Positions 47,515-58,500 of a stretch of 64,000 nucleotides of DNA are shown here, piece after piece. The notes beneath the pieces were generated by a model. It saw only the letters and a list, made by a program, of their open reading frames with translations, did no database searches and had not been told where the DNA came from. The stretch is from Polyangiaceae bacterium (lineage in GTDB: Bacteria > Myxococcota_A > Polyangia > Polyangiales > Polyangiaceae), in assembly GCA_965222375.1 (NCBI GenBank), contig CBDCTZ010000016.1, positions 608,001 to 672,000 of the forward strand. The letters run 5' to 3'. Each line of letters starts with the position of its first letter. Positions within the stretch are counted from its first letter, which is position 1. Made by a program: the position numbers and the translations under genes.

Positions 47515-49254
47515 ATGATGCGAAGTTTGGGTGTGGTGGCGCTGTTGCTAGCCGGTTGTGGTGGCGACGACAGTTCGGGTGGCGGTGGTGGCAGCGCGGG
47601 CGCCGGTGGCAGCGCGGGGTCGGGTGGCAACTCCGGCGCTGCGGGCACTGGTGCTCAAGGTGGCGCAGGTGGAGCGACGGGTGGCGCAGCGGGCACCGGT
47701 GGCGTGGCACCTGCGGCAGGGTGCCCCCCGGTCAGTTCAGATCCGGACATCAAACAAGCCTTGCCGCAAGCCACCGTGGACCTGATCTACCCGACGCAGT
47801 CCGGTCAGGTCGTTTCCGTCGCATCGGGTCAGAGCTTGCAAGCCGCCATCGACGCGGCGCAACCCGGCGACACCTTGGAGCTCGAAGCCGGCGCGACCTT
47901 CACCGGGCCTTTTACCTTGAAAAAGAAGTCGGGCTCCGGAGTCATCGTGATTCGTACCGCCACTCCAGACGCTCAGTTCGCGGCGCCGGGCACCCGAGTC
48001 TCGCCGGCCCTGAGCGGCAAGATGGCCAAACTCGTGGGCCAAGGTCCCAGCGTGGTCCGCACCGAGAAGGGCGCGAGCGGCTACCGCCTCGTGGGCCTCG
48101 AGATCACGGCCGAAGCGGGTCAGTACGTTAGCTCGATGGTCAGGTTCGGCGCGCCGGGTAGCGCGAGCACCCAAGCCGATTTGCCCAGCGACATGATCGT
48201 CGATCGCTGCTACATCCACGCAGACCCCGTCGGCGGGCGACGCGGAGTGACCCTCAACTCTGCATCGTCGGCGGTGGTGGATTCGTACTTGGCCGAGTTC
48301 CGAGAGAAAGGCGCGGACTCCCAAGCCATCGTTGGTTGGGATGGTGCCGGCCCCTTCGTGATTCAGAACAACTACCTCGAAGGAGCATCGGAAAACGTGA
48401 TGTTCGGCGGTGGCGATCCGGGTGTTCAGAATATGGTTCCGAGCGACATCCACATCTGCCGCAACCACTTCAAGAAAGACCTGGCGTGGAAGGGCGGTGG
48501 CTGGAACGTCAAGAACCTGTTCGAGCTCAAGAATGCCCGTCGCGTCGTCGTTGCCGGCAACGTGATGGAGTACAACTGGTCCGACGGGCAAGTCGGCTTC
48601 GCCATCCTGTTCACGGTTCGCAATCAGGACGGCACCGCACCCTGGTCTGCCGTCGAAGACGTCACCTTCTCGCACAACATCGTGCGGCACACTGCGTCGG
48701 GCATGAACATTTCGGCCAGCGACAACCTCCACCCGTCACAAGAAACGGCACGCTTGTTCATTGCGCACAACCTCGTCGACGAAATCGACTCCGCGACCCA
48801 CGGGGGCCAGGGCCGTGCGTTTCAATTCGTCTATGGCGGCGGCAAGGGCAAGGACATCAAGATCGATCACAATACGATCACTAAAGCCGACAACTCCGCC
48901 CTGGTCATGGGAGACACCGCGCCCTACGGCACAAACTTCATCTTCACCAACAACGTGGTCGCGCGGGGCCAGTACGGTGTGTTCGGCTCCGGCCAGGGTG
49001 AGGGAAAGGGTGCTCTCGATCACTACTTGTCGTCCTACACCATGAAAAAGAACGTCTTCTTCGGTGGTTCAACGACGTCCGCGACCTATCCGCCCGACAA
49101 CGCGGTGTCCGCCACGGCCGCCGAAGTTGCTTTCGACGCGAACTTCGCTCTGGGCGTCGGAAGCAAGTTCAAGGGCACGGCGACCGACGGCAGTGACCCT
49201 GGCGCCGACATCGCGGCCGTCACCAAAGCGACCGCGGGTGTAGTTCAGCCCTGA
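47515..49254 (+). CDS. Right-handed beta-helix (pectin lyase-like) lipoprotein
   Basis: LAGC lipobox; LQAAIDAAQPGDT; IQNNYLE, VKNLFELKNARRV, FTNN repeats. Confidence 0.8.
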   Translation: MMRSLGVVALLLAGCGGDDSSGGGGGSAGAGGSAGSGGNSGAAGTGAQGGAGGATGGAAGTGGVAPAAGCPPVSSDPDIKQALPQATVDLIYPTQSGQVVSVASGQSLQAAIDAAQPGDTLELEAGATFTGPFTLKKKSGSGVIVIRTATPDAQFAAPGTRVSPALSGKMAKLVGQGPSVVRTEKGASGYRLVGLEITAEAGQYVSSMVRFGAPGSASTQADLPSDMIVDRCYIHADPVGGRRGVTLNSASSAVVDSYLAEFREKGADSQAIVGWDGAGPFVIQNNYLEGASENVMFGGGDPGVQNMVPSDIHICRNHFKKDLAWKGGGWNVKNLFELKNARRVVVAGNVMEYNWSDGQVGFAILFTVRNQDGTAPWSAVEDVTFSHNIVRHTASGMNISASDNLHPSQETARLFIAHNLVDEIDSATHGGQGRAFQFVYGGGKGKDIKIDHNTITKADNSALVMGDTAPYGTNFIFTNNVVARGQYGVFGSGQGEGKGALDHYLSSYTMKKNVFFGGSTTSATYPPDNAVSATAAEVAFDANFALGVGSKFKGTATDGSDPGADIAAVTKATAGVVQP

Positions 49255-49289
49255 TCGCCAAGGTCTGAACCGAGTGTAACGCGGGGTCG

Positions 49290-49559
49290 ATGCCCGAACT
49301 CGCCCGTCGCGTTTCCTCGACCGCACTCTGCGTCGCTCTAGCTGCACTGCAGTGCCAGGCCGCAGCACCGATCGAGACGGGTGGCGACACGGCTTCGACC
49401 CCGCCGCCCGTCGTGCCGACTCGTGAAGCCGATGCGGCGGCGAAGTCGAACCAGTTGCAGGTTGACATTGTGGTGCCAACGGGCGCTTCCAGGATCCTGG
49501 TCCTAGGGTGGTACACCGAGAGCGAAGCGCCGATGGTGAAACCACTGGGTCACCCGTAG
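49290..49559 (+). CDS. Small putative secreted protein (possibly a remnant)
   Basis: Signal-like N-terminus ending LQC; 89 aa. Confidence 0.35.
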   Translation: MPELARRVSSTALCVALAALQCQAAAPIETGGDTASTPPPVVPTREADAAAKSNQLQVDIVVPTGASRILVLGWYTESEAPMVKPLGHP

Positions 49560-49659
49560 AGGGCTGGTCGCAGACGGCCGCGCCGACACGCCCACCGTTT
49601 TGCCTCAAGGATTGGCGCAGGGCGCCGTACTAGTTGATCTCAGGCAACACCCGAGATCC

Positions 49660-51180
49660 ATGCCAACCACACCGCCGCTGCGCGCCTTTTTGGACAATCT
49701 GTCCGAGCAAGACCTGATCGAGCGGCTCCACCTCGCTCTCGAGGGTTCCGGGCTGGGGATCTGGGACTGGGATCCCCGCGACAATTCGGTCCAATTCGAC
49801 CGCAGGTGGTGCGAGATGCTCGGCCTGGATCACGGGAGCGTCGCCATGGAGCTGAGCACCTGGGAGTCGCGGGTGCACCCAGACGATCTCGCCGACTGCT
49901 ACGCGGACATCAAGGCCCACGTCGAAGGCAAGACAGACCGCTACGAGAACGTTCACCGGATGCGCCACGCCGACGGCCGTTGGGTGCACATCCTCGATCG
50001 AGGACGGATCGCGTCCCGGGACGGAGCCGGCAACCCGATCCGATTCACTGGGACTCATCTGGATGTCACGGCGACGGAGCAAGCCAAGCGCGTTCTCGAA
50101 GACCAGCATCGGATCTTGCGAGAATTCGTGCGGCACGTCCCCGCGCCGGTGGCCATGCTGGATACGAAGCTCAACTACATTGCGACCAGCAGTCGCTGGG
50201 GCGCCAGCCTCGACGCCGCCAACCCGGACAAGACTGGGCATCTACGGCTCGAGCAGGTGCCGCACCTTTGCGAGCGCTGGCTCGAGTTGTGCGCTCGCGG
50301 GCTGCAAGGCGAGCACGTGGCGATCGAGGAGGAGCACCTGGAGCGGCCTGACGGCTCAGCCTGCTGGTGGAGCTGGGAAGTGCACCCTTGGCTCGATGCA
50401 GATGGCTCCACGGGCGGCGTGCTCGTGAGCGCAACCTGCGTTACGGACGCCGTGCTCGCACGGCTAGCTGAAGCCCAGGAAAACCGATTGGCTGAGCTGG
50501 GTCGAATGGCGGGAGAAATCGCCCACGAGATCAACACACCGCTGCAAATTCTGGATCTGGAGTCCGAGTCGATCGTGGAGGAGCTGTCCAGCCCAGAGCC
50601 TTGCCAAGATGACCTGTCGGAAAGTGCCGCGGCCATCGCGTGCACGGTGACGCGGCTCTCCGAGGTCGTCAAAGCGATGCGGGCACTGTCTCGTGCTCCA
50701 AGTAACGATGCCCCGGCAGCCGTGAACGTCGCCGAGGTGTTGGCGGACGTCCGGGCCCTGAGCTCCAATCGGTTCAGCGCAAACGACGTCGCTCTGGTGT
50801 TGAATGCCGAACTCCCCGAGGGCACAGAGGTCCTCGCGCACGCTTCGGACGTGGGACAAGTGCTGCTGAATCTCCTCAACAATGCGCTCGACGCCGTACG
50901 GGGTCGGCAAGATGCCACGGTTACCCTCGACGTGATGCGCGACGGGGACGAAGTCGCTTTTCAATGTACGGATAACGGCCCTGGGGTCAGCCCCCAGGTT
51001 CGCGATCGCGTGATGCAGCCATTTTTCACCACCAAGCCAGTAGGCGGGGGTACGGGGCTGGGGCTGAGCGTTTCTCGGTCCCTGGCCAAGAAGAACCACG
51101 GTGATCTTCGCCTGGCGCCTTTTGACAACGGCGCCAGGTTCGTTCTGACGCTCCCCATGAACGCGGACCGCAGCGGATGA
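49660..51180 (+). CDS. Cytoplasmic PAS-PAS histidine kinase
   Basis: GIWDWD, VHPDD, HRMRHADG PAS; IAHEINTPL; NLLNNALDA; DNGPG; PFFTTK; GTGLGL. Confidence 0.93.
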   Translation: MPTTPPLRAFLDNLSEQDLIERLHLALEGSGLGIWDWDPRDNSVQFDRRWCEMLGLDHGSVAMELSTWESRVHPDDLADCYADIKAHVEGKTDRYENVHRMRHADGRWVHILDRGRIASRDGAGNPIRFTGTHLDVTATEQAKRVLEDQHRILREFVRHVPAPVAMLDTKLNYIATSSRWGASLDAANPDKTGHLRLEQVPHLCERWLELCARGLQGEHVAIEEEHLERPDGSACWWSWEVHPWLDADGSTGGVLVSATCVTDAVLARLAEAQENRLAELGRMAGEIAHEINTPLQILDLESESIVEELSSPEPCQDDLSESAAAIACTVTRLSEVVKAMRALSRAPSNDAPAAVNVAEVLADVRALSSNRFSANDVALVLNAELPEGTEVLAHASDVGQVLLNLLNNALDAVRGRQDATVTLDVMRDGDEVAFQCTDNGPGVSPQVRDRVMQPFFTTKPVGGGTGLGLSVSRSLAKKNHGDLRLAPFDNGARFVLTLPMNADRSG

Positions 51181-51623
51181 CAGACGGCGGGAGTGAGCCT
51201 CTGATCCTGCTCGTGGATGACGACCCACTGCTCTTGCGCGCGCTGAGCCGCAGCTGTCGATGCTGCGGCCTGAAGACCCAAACCGCAAGCAATGGTCAGG
51301 AGGCGCTCCAGCTCCTTGACCGCGGATCCTTCGACCTGATCGTGTGTGATGTGCGCATGCCAGTCATGGACGGACGCGACTTGCTTTGCGAGCTGGCGCG
51401 CCGCGGGCCGCTGAGCGGCCCCTTCATCTTCTTGACCGGGCACTGCGACTATCCGGATGCTGAATTGCTCGACTTGGGCGCCGAAGCGGTGGTCAAGAAG
51501 CCAATGCGCGCCGCAGAGTTCCGGAATCTGCTCAGAAAGTACGCTGCGCCCCACGCCGGACCGCGATCCCTGATCAGCCCAGCGCCGGAGAAGGGCGAAG
51601 CCGCCACCAAGCGCTCTACCTGA
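51177..51623 (+). CDS. Single-domain response regulator
   Basis: LLVDDD, CDVRMPVMDG, LTG, KP; ATGA overlap with the kinase. Confidence 0.9.
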   Translation: MTDGGSEPLILLVDDDPLLLRALSRSCRCCGLKTQTASNGQEALQLLDRGSFDLIVCDVRMPVMDGRDLLCELARRGPLSGPFIFLTGHCDYPDAELLDLGAEAVVKKPMRAAEFRNLLRKYAAPHAGPRSLISPAPEKGEAATKRST

Positions 51624-51737
51624 CGGGCACGACGCCGAACCGAGTTCAGCCAGGTTCAGATTTCCTCGACCGGGGTGACACCTTGCGGCGGGCCACTCCG
51701 TATTCGCTGGGTGGCCATCCCATCGTCTCGGCTTTCG

Positions 51738-52961
51738 GTGACCTTTCGCGCGGGCTTCAGCCTCGCGCTGAGCGCGGCTCTGCTCTGCGGCTGCAACGGC
51801 TGCGCTGGTTCCCAGCCAGCTTCGGGCAGCGCGCCGACCTCGAAGCAGCCCGCCAGCGCTGCCGCCGAGCCAGCGTCCGAGGGCAACGCCGAGTTGCTCC
51901 CGGAAGAGTCGCCACCCTTGGGCGCTTCCGCCGAGTTCAAGACGGATTTCAGCAAACACATCGTTCGCTACTCCGAGATCATGTCCGGGGGGCCACCCAA
52001 GGACGGTATTCCTCCCCTCGACAAACCCAAGCTCGTCTCGGTCGCCGCTGCCGACGAGTGGATCAAACCTCGCGAGCCTGTGATCCGCGTCGTGGTGGGC
52101 GGCGATGCTCGGGCCTACCCGATCCAGGTGCTGATGTATCACGAGATCGCCAACGACGTGGTGGGTGGCAAGGCGCTCAGCATCACGTTTTGCCCGCTCT
52201 GCAACACGGCCATTGTCTTCGAAGGCGACGTCAAGGACCGCACGCTGACCTTCGGAACCACCGGGCGGCTGCGCAACAGCAACCTGATCATGTACGACCG
52301 GCAAACCGAGACCTGGTGGCAACAGGCGTCGGGGCGCGCGATTGCCGGTGAGCTCACGGGCAGCCGTTTGAGCTTCTTTCCTGGGCAGATGATTGCGTGG
52401 AGGGATTTCAAACGCAAGCATCCCCAAGGCTTGGTGATGTCTCGCGAGACCGGTCACGATCGTCGCTATGGGCACAACCCCTATTCCGGCTATGACGACG
52501 TCGACAAGCCGCCGTTCTTGTATCGCGGTCCCAAGACGCAGGATGTGCTGCGCCCGGTGGAGCGCGTGTTGGCTGTCGAGCTGGGCGGCGAGGCGGTCGC
52601 TTATCCGTACTCCGTGCTGCGCAAGGTCAAGGTCATCAATGACAAAGTCGGGGGCAAGCCCATCGTCGTGTTTTGGAAGCCGGGTGCGACATCGGCCTTG
52701 GATGAGCCGGAGATTGCGAAGGGCCGAGCCGTGGGGTCTGCGGTTGCCTATTCAGCCGAACTCGACGACAGCACGCTGAAGTTCGAGCTCAAGGGTGGCA
52801 AGTTCGTCGACTCCGCGACCGCCTCCCACTGGGATTTGGTTGGGCACGCGACCGAGGGCAAGTCGAAGGGCAAACGGCTCGCGCCCATCGCGGCGGTGAA
52901 CCACTTCTGGTTCTCTTGGGCGGTGTTCAAACCGAAGACGCGGGTATACGGCTCGCCCTAG
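51738..52961 (+). CDS. DUF3179-family lipoprotein (canonical order)
   Basis: GGPPKDGIP, RAYP..HEIAND, CPLC, GRLRNSNLIMYDRQTETWWQQ, C-terminal FWFSW; start uncertain. Confidence 0.88.
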   Translation: MTFRAGFSLALSAALLCGCNGCAGSQPASGSAPTSKQPASAAAEPASEGNAELLPEESPPLGASAEFKTDFSKHIVRYSEIMSGGPPKDGIPPLDKPKLVSVAAADEWIKPREPVIRVVVGGDARAYPIQVLMYHEIANDVVGGKALSITFCPLCNTAIVFEGDVKDRTLTFGTTGRLRNSNLIMYDRQTETWWQQASGRAIAGELTGSRLSFFPGQMIAWRDFKRKHPQGLVMSRETGHDRRYGHNPYSGYDDVDKPPFLYRGPKTQDVLRPVERVLAVELGGEAVAYPYSVLRKVKVINDKVGGKPIVVFWKPGATSALDEPEIAKGRAVGSAVAYSAELDDSTLKFELKGGKFVDSATASHWDLVGHATEGKSKGKRLAPIAAVNHFWFSWAVFKPKTRVYGSP

Positions 52962-53047
52962 CCGCGGCGCTAGCGTCGCAGGTCGCGATCGCGCGAGGTG
53001 CCGATGACGGGATTGGCCGGCACATTCAACAAAAAAGACAACCAGGA

Positions 53048-53076
53048 CAACTTATATGCATAGTGCATATAAGTTG
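53048..53076. other. AT-rich perfect inverted repeat between convergent genes
   Basis: CAACTTATATGCA-TAG-TGCATATAAGTTG (13-bp arms). Confidence 0.85.
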
Positions 53077-53148
53077 ACGGAGCTCGCATTTGGCCCAGAA
53101 ACGAAGCGATGGCGTTTCAGCGTCGTTGGGGGACGCCGGCGTCCAAAA

Positions 53149-53607
53149 TTAGACGTCGCCGTCCGAGCTTCCGTCGGCACTCGCGGCGGCTGCTGCGGCG
53201 TCCGCGAAGGGATCCTCGTCGTAGTCCACGTTCACGCACAGCACTTCGACGCCCCGCGGGGTTTGGGTGCACTCCCGGCGGTCGGCTGGGCAGCCTTGGT
53301 CCAAGAAGCCGCTCGCGACGCAGTCGCAACTTGGTGAGCTGCCGCAACTCTGCGCTGGTGGTGTGAAACACGCGTGGGCGGTGCAATTGCAGCAATGCTC
53401 CGTGAGCAGGCAGCCCGCTTGGCAGCTGCCCCCGGGGGGTGGCAGGGGCATACAGAAGGCGCCCCGGGTCGCGACGCAGATCTGCCCCGAAGTGCATTGG
53501 TCTTTTCCGCAAGAAAGGCCCTGTGTGGTCGAGTTGGTGCCGTCGTCATCACCGCTACTGCAACCCAGGAGTAACAGCAGTGAAGCCAGGGACAGCCATT
53601 TGGTCAT
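53149..53607 (-). CDS. Small Cys-rich lipoprotein
   Basis: MTKWLS..LLGC lipobox; ATGA coupling with the upstream DUF3179 gene. Confidence 0.75.
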   Translation of the reverse strand: MTKWLSLASLLLLLGCSSGDDDGTNSTTQGLSCGKDQCTSGQICVATRGAFCMPLPPPGGSCQAGCLLTEHCCNCTAHACFTPPAQSCGSSPSCDCVASGFLDQGCPADRRECTQTPRGVEVLCVNVDYDEDPFADAAAAAASADGSSDGDV

Positions 53608-54785
53608 CGTGCCCGCTTCAAGTCGGCCGCACCGGTGCGATCGAAAGCCTGCACGTAGCCGGCGTCGATGTCGAATACGATCGCCACTTTGGTATCGCCC
53701 ACTTGGTCGTTGATCACACCGACTACGGGTGCATCTTCGCCCTCGTTTTCTTGCACCCACGCCGTCAGCTCGCGGTGCACCCAGGCTTTGGCGTGGCTGC
53801 CGATGCGCAGGCCGTAGGTGAGCGCCTTGCCTGGGTACGCCGGGTCCGGAGCGGGCTCAGTTGGGCGAAAGGTGTCGCCATCGTCAACGAAGTAGCTGCC
53901 GTAGGGATAGCGCTCGTAGTTGCGGGCGTGGCCCGTCGAGCTGGACAGCAGTGTCGACTCGGGGTGCATCGCCTTCCAGGCGGCCCAAGTCATTTCCCAC
54001 ACGTGCACTCGCGGCGCCCCTTGGCCCAGCCCGGGCCCTTTGGTGCCCGAGCCCAGTAGCTGCGAGTACCAGGTGTCGTCGTTGCGGTCGTAGAACACCA
54101 GGTTCGAGTTGTAGAGGCGCCCGCTCACGCCCAGCTCGGCGGTGCCGGATGCAAACGCAGTCGGGTCGTGCCCGATGCTCGAGAACGTCAGCGGACAATG
54201 GGTGACCGCGATCGGAACGCCGTTGACTTGGTCGTTGACGATCTCATGCCACCACAGCACGTTGTGGGGATACGCCCTGGCAATGCCGTCGACCTCGACA
54301 CCGACGACGAAGGAATTGCTGGCGACGTAGTCTGAGCCGTCTTGACCCGGCGCGACGTGTTTGGGAGAGGTCAAGGCGGGGATGCAATCTTTGCCAGGGC
54401 AGCCCAGATTGATCTCTTCGCAGGGCACGGCGCAGGTGGCGTTGGAGGCGATGGCCGCAGTAGCGACGGGGCTTTCGCGCCGGAACACTTCGCTATCGTG
54501 GTTGAACACGCTCCAGGCGAACCAGAACTGGTTGTAGCCCGGTAGTGGGGTCAAGCGCGGGCCTCCGTCCAAGGACCGACCCAGGGCATCGAAGCGCGCG
54601 CCGGTATCAGCATCGGTCAGTTCGAGGGCTTGGATGGCGCCCTCGGGTTTCTTGGAGCCGAGGCCGAAACCGCTGATGGCGTCGCCGCCCGGGTTGGCCA
54701 CACCTGGACCGGGCACACGCTCGTCTTCTTGGACCGGAGCGCAGCCCAGAAGCAGGACGAGCAGCGAAGCTGACAAGACCCTCAC
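53604..54785 (-). CDS. DUF3179-family lipoprotein, circularly permuted
   Basis: GKDCIPAL, RAYP..HEIVND, CPLT, SGRLYNSNLVFYDR; the FWFAW block is N-terminal. Confidence 0.85.
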   Translation of the reverse strand: MRVLSASLLVLLLGCAPVQEDERVPGPGVANPGGDAISGFGLGSKKPEGAIQALELTDADTGARFDALGRSLDGGPRLTPLPGYNQFWFAWSVFNHDSEVFRRESPVATAAIASNATCAVPCEEINLGCPGKDCIPALTSPKHVAPGQDGSDYVASNSFVVGVEVDGIARAYPHNVLWWHEIVNDQVNGVPIAVTHCPLTFSSIGHDPTAFASGTAELGVSGRLYNSNLVFYDRNDDTWYSQLLGSGTKGPGLGQGAPRVHVWEMTWAAWKAMHPESTLLSSSTGHARNYERYPYGSYFVDDGDTFRPTEPAPDPAYPGKALTYGLRIGSHAKAWVHRELTAWVQENEGEDAPVVGVINDQVGDTKVAIVFDIDAGYVQAFDRTGAADLKRAR

Positions 54786-54846
54786 GCTCAGAGCTACGCG
54801 CCTGCGCCTGCAGCCGTTTCACCCCGGTCGTGCTAAAATCGTCGAC

Positions 54847-55533
54847 GTGGCACGCAGTGTTGAGCAGTTGGCGAATCAGAACCTCTTGCGTTGGGCGGCG
54901 TCCATCAAGAGCCCGCCCAAGCGGAGCGTTACCCGCGCCGAGCAGCTGCCGATGATTGTGATGAGTCGAGAGTTCGGCGGTCGTGGCGCGGAGATTGGGC
55001 GCAAAGCCGCCAAGAAGCTCGGTTTCAAGTACCACTCCCAGGAGCTGGTGCACGAGGTGGCGCGCAAGGCGAAGGTGCGAGATGAGCTGGTGAAGGGTCT
55101 CGATGAACGCGCCCGGGACGACGTTGCGCAGTGGGTCACCGAGCTCTTCGATGGCGAGTGCTTTCGGCCGAGTGAATACCTGACCAACTTGTCCAAGGTC
55201 GTTCTCACCCTGGGCAAGCAAGGCAAGGGCGTGATCGTCGGGCGGGGCGCACATTTGATCCTGGACCCGGCGCGCACATTGCGAGTTCGGGCCATCGCTC
55301 CGTTGGAGCACCGCGTGAAGTGGGCTGGAGAGCGTCGTGGTTTGAGTCCAGGCGATGCCCGCGCCTTGGTGCAGCGCATCGACGCTGAGCGTGGCGCCTT
55401 TTATCGACAACACTTCGACGTCGATGTCGCGGATCCGGTTCTGTACGATCTGCTGCTCAACACGGCGACGCTGTCCATCGCTGCCTGCGTGGACATCGTG
55501 GTGCGTGCCTTCCGGGCGCGATTCCCCTCTTGA
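54847..55533 (+). CDS. Cytidylate kinase-like family protein
   Basis: MSREFGGRGAEIG, VIVGRGA, APLEHRV, D.ER..FY, YDLLLNT. Confidence 0.88.
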   Translation: MARSVEQLANQNLLRWAASIKSPPKRSVTRAEQLPMIVMSREFGGRGAEIGRKAAKKLGFKYHSQELVHEVARKAKVRDELVKGLDERARDDVAQWVTELFDGECFRPSEYLTNLSKVVLTLGKQGKGVIVGRGAHLILDPARTLRVRAIAPLEHRVKWAGERRGLSPGDARALVQRIDAERGAFYRQHFDVDVADPVLYDLLLNTATLSIAACVDIVVRAFRARFPS

Positions 55534-55563
55534 AGGCTGACTAGCGCCACATCGGTACACGGC

Positions 55564-58500
55564 TCACGCTGGGGCGGGCTCCGGGCTCGCGACGGCAGAA
55601 GTCTGTTTCGACTCCCGCCCTTGTCGCCGCTTCTGCAAGATGTAGTACGCCACGGGTACGGTCACTCGGCTCAGTAGCAGTGACGCCACCTCGCCGGCCA
55701 TCAGCGAGATGGCCAAACCCTGGAAGATCGGGTCGAAGAGGATCACCGTCGCGCCCACCACCACTGCGGCTGCGGTGAGGAGCATGGGGCGAAAACGCAC
55801 GGCCCCTGCGTCCACCACGGCTTCACGAAGCGGCACGCCTTGTTTCAGTCGCAGCTCGATGAAATCCACCAAGATGATGGAGTTGCGCACCACGATGCCG
55901 GCTCCGGCAATGAAGCCAATCATGGAGGTTGCAGTGAAGAACGCCCCCATAGCCGCGTGTGCCGGCAGAATGCCAACTAGCGAAAACGGAATCGCGCTCA
56001 TGATCACGAGCGGCGTGCTGAAGGACTGGAACCACGCCACGACCAGGACGTAGATCAGCAATAACACGACGGCGAAGGCCAGGCCCAAGTCGCGAAACAC
56101 CTCGTAGGTGATGTGCCACTCACCGTCCCACTTCATGCCATAGCGACTCGTGTCCGAGGGCTGCTCCGCGGTGTGCTGCTCCATGCTGTAGCCGTTGACA
56201 TTCAGCTGATCGAACTTCGGCCCTAGCACCGACACCGCGTAGACGGGGCTCTCAATCTCACCGGCCAAGTCCGCGGTGACGTAGACGACCCGTTTCAGGT
56301 TCTTGCGGTAGATGCTGCGCTCGTGTTCGGTGCGCTGCTCCTTGACCAGCTCCCGCAGGCTCACGATGGAGCCGTCACCAGCCGCCACCCCCAAGCCCTT
56401 GAGGCGAGACAGATCCGAACGGGTTGGCCGGTCGAGCCCAACGACCACCGGAACGTCCTCCCGCTCCCGAGGGTCGCGCAGCAGCGCCGAGCGTTCCCCA
56501 CGCAATGCAAGGGACAGCGCCCTGGCAACCTCGGGTTCGGAAACACCGTGCAGCGCCGCCTTGGTTTCATCGACGACGAGTTGGATTTTTGGTTGGGGGT
56601 TTTCCACGTACCAGTCCACATCGACAACGCCGCCGACGAACTCCATCTCCTTCTTGACCTTCTCGGCGATCTCGATTTGCCCCTCATGTTCGGGGCCGTA
56701 GATTTCTATGACCATGGTTTGAAGCACGGGGGGTCCAGGCGGGATTTCCGCGACCTTCACCGCCGCGCCGAAGCGCCGGGCCAAGGGCGTGATGGCAGTG
56801 CGTACGCGTTTGGCGATGTCGTGGCTCTGGTCGGGCCGGTCGCCCTTGGGTTGTAGCTGAACCACGATGTCAGCGACGTTGGAGCCGCGGCGTAGGAAAT
56901 AGTGGCGCACGAGGCCGTTGAAGGAGTAGGGCCCGGAGGTGCCAACATAGCTCTGGTAGCCAACAACCTCGGGCTCGTTGCCCACCGCTCGCGCGATCTC
57001 GTCGGTGACTCGCGCGGTCTGCTCGAGGGTGGTGCCTTCGGGCATGTCGATCACGACCTGGAATTCGCTCTTGTTGTCGAAGGGCAGCATCTTGACTTGA
57101 ACCGCGCCTACGCCAACCAAGGCCATGGAGCCGAGCAAGAGCGCGACCACGAGTCCCAAGAAGCCCCAACGCCGACGCCCCTTCGCAAGTAGCCAACCCA
57201 TTCCGCGGCGATAGGCCTGAGTGCTGCGGCCCTCGGTCTCGTCGTGAGCTGCCGAGTCTTTGCGCAAGAGGCGCACCGCAGCCCAGGGCGTCACGATGAA
57301 TGCCACGAGCAGCGAGAACATCATGGCGGCGGTGGCACCGATGGGGATTGGACGCATGTAAGGCCCCATCAGGCCGCTGACGAAGGCCATGGGCAAGATG
57401 GCCGCCACCACGGTCATGGTCGCCAAGATCGTCGGATTGCCGACCTCGGCTACGGCGTCCACGGCAACCTGGTGCAGGCTCTTGCCGCGACTCTCGGGAA
57501 GGCGGTAGTGGCGCGTGATGTTCTCGACCACCACGATTGCGTCATCCACCAGGATCCCGATCGAGAAGATCAGTGCGAACAAAGTGATCCGGTTGAGCGT
57601 GTAGCCGTGCACGTAGAACACGGCGAGGGTGAGGGCCAAGGTGACCGGGATCGCTAGGACGACGATCACCGATTCCCTTCGTCCCAGCGCTAGCCAGATC
57701 AGCAAAGCCACGCTCACGATGGCGATGCCCATGTGAAAGAGAAGTTCGTTGCTCTTCTCGTTCGCCGTCTCTCCGTAGTCGCGAGTCACGGAGAGGCGGA
57801 CGTCCTTGGGCAGAAGATCCGTGCGCACGGCCTCGACTTTCGCCATCACGCCTTGCACGACGTCCACGGCGTTTTCGCCCTTGCGCTTGGCGATGGCCAG
57901 CGTCACTGCGGGCTGCGACGTGCGCCCCGCCTCGTCGGCGTCCGGTGCGCCCGCGCCGAGACCGAATCGCACGTAGTTGGCGGGCTCTTCACCGCCGTCG
58001 ACGATCTTTGCGACGTCCCTCAGGTACACCGGGCGCCCCCCAGCGCCGCCAACAACGACGCCGCCCACGTCCTTTGCCGTGCGAAGCACGCTGCCGGTTT
58101 CGACCAACAGCTCGCGATTCGCCTGGGCCACGGCCCCGGCGGACAGCAATCCGCGGTGGGCGCTCAGGGCGTTCGCGACGGCGAGGGGTGAGACGTTTCG
58201 ACCCGCAAGGCGTTCAGGATCGAGCAGCACGCGTACCTGCCGCCGCTGCCCACCGATGAGTGTGACTTCGCTCACATTGTCGACTGCTCGTATGGCCGTG
58301 GAAAGCTCGGCGGCGACGCGGCGTAGCTCGTAGCCGTCGTAGCGATCGCTGGACAGCGTGAGGCTCAGCACGGGAACGTCGTCGATGGATCTCGGTTTGA
58401 TCAGCGGTTCGCTGGCACCAGCGGGAATGGCGTCCCCGTGGGCGAGCAGCTTGTCGCGCAGGCGCAAGATGGCCTGGCCTTCGTTCTCGCCGACCTCGAA

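Noticed and set aside
53048..53076. Palindrome as a chromosomal dif site
   Set aside because: No clear TTATGT(T/A)AA XerD arm or 11-6-11 layout
51738..54785. Selenocysteine in DUF3179 or the redoxin genes
   Set aside because: The relevant positions are Cys codons; no in-frame TGA seen
54634..54846. Upstream extension of the cytidylate kinase-like ORF
   Set aside because: Overlaps the divergent DUF3179 gene; family motifs begin downstream
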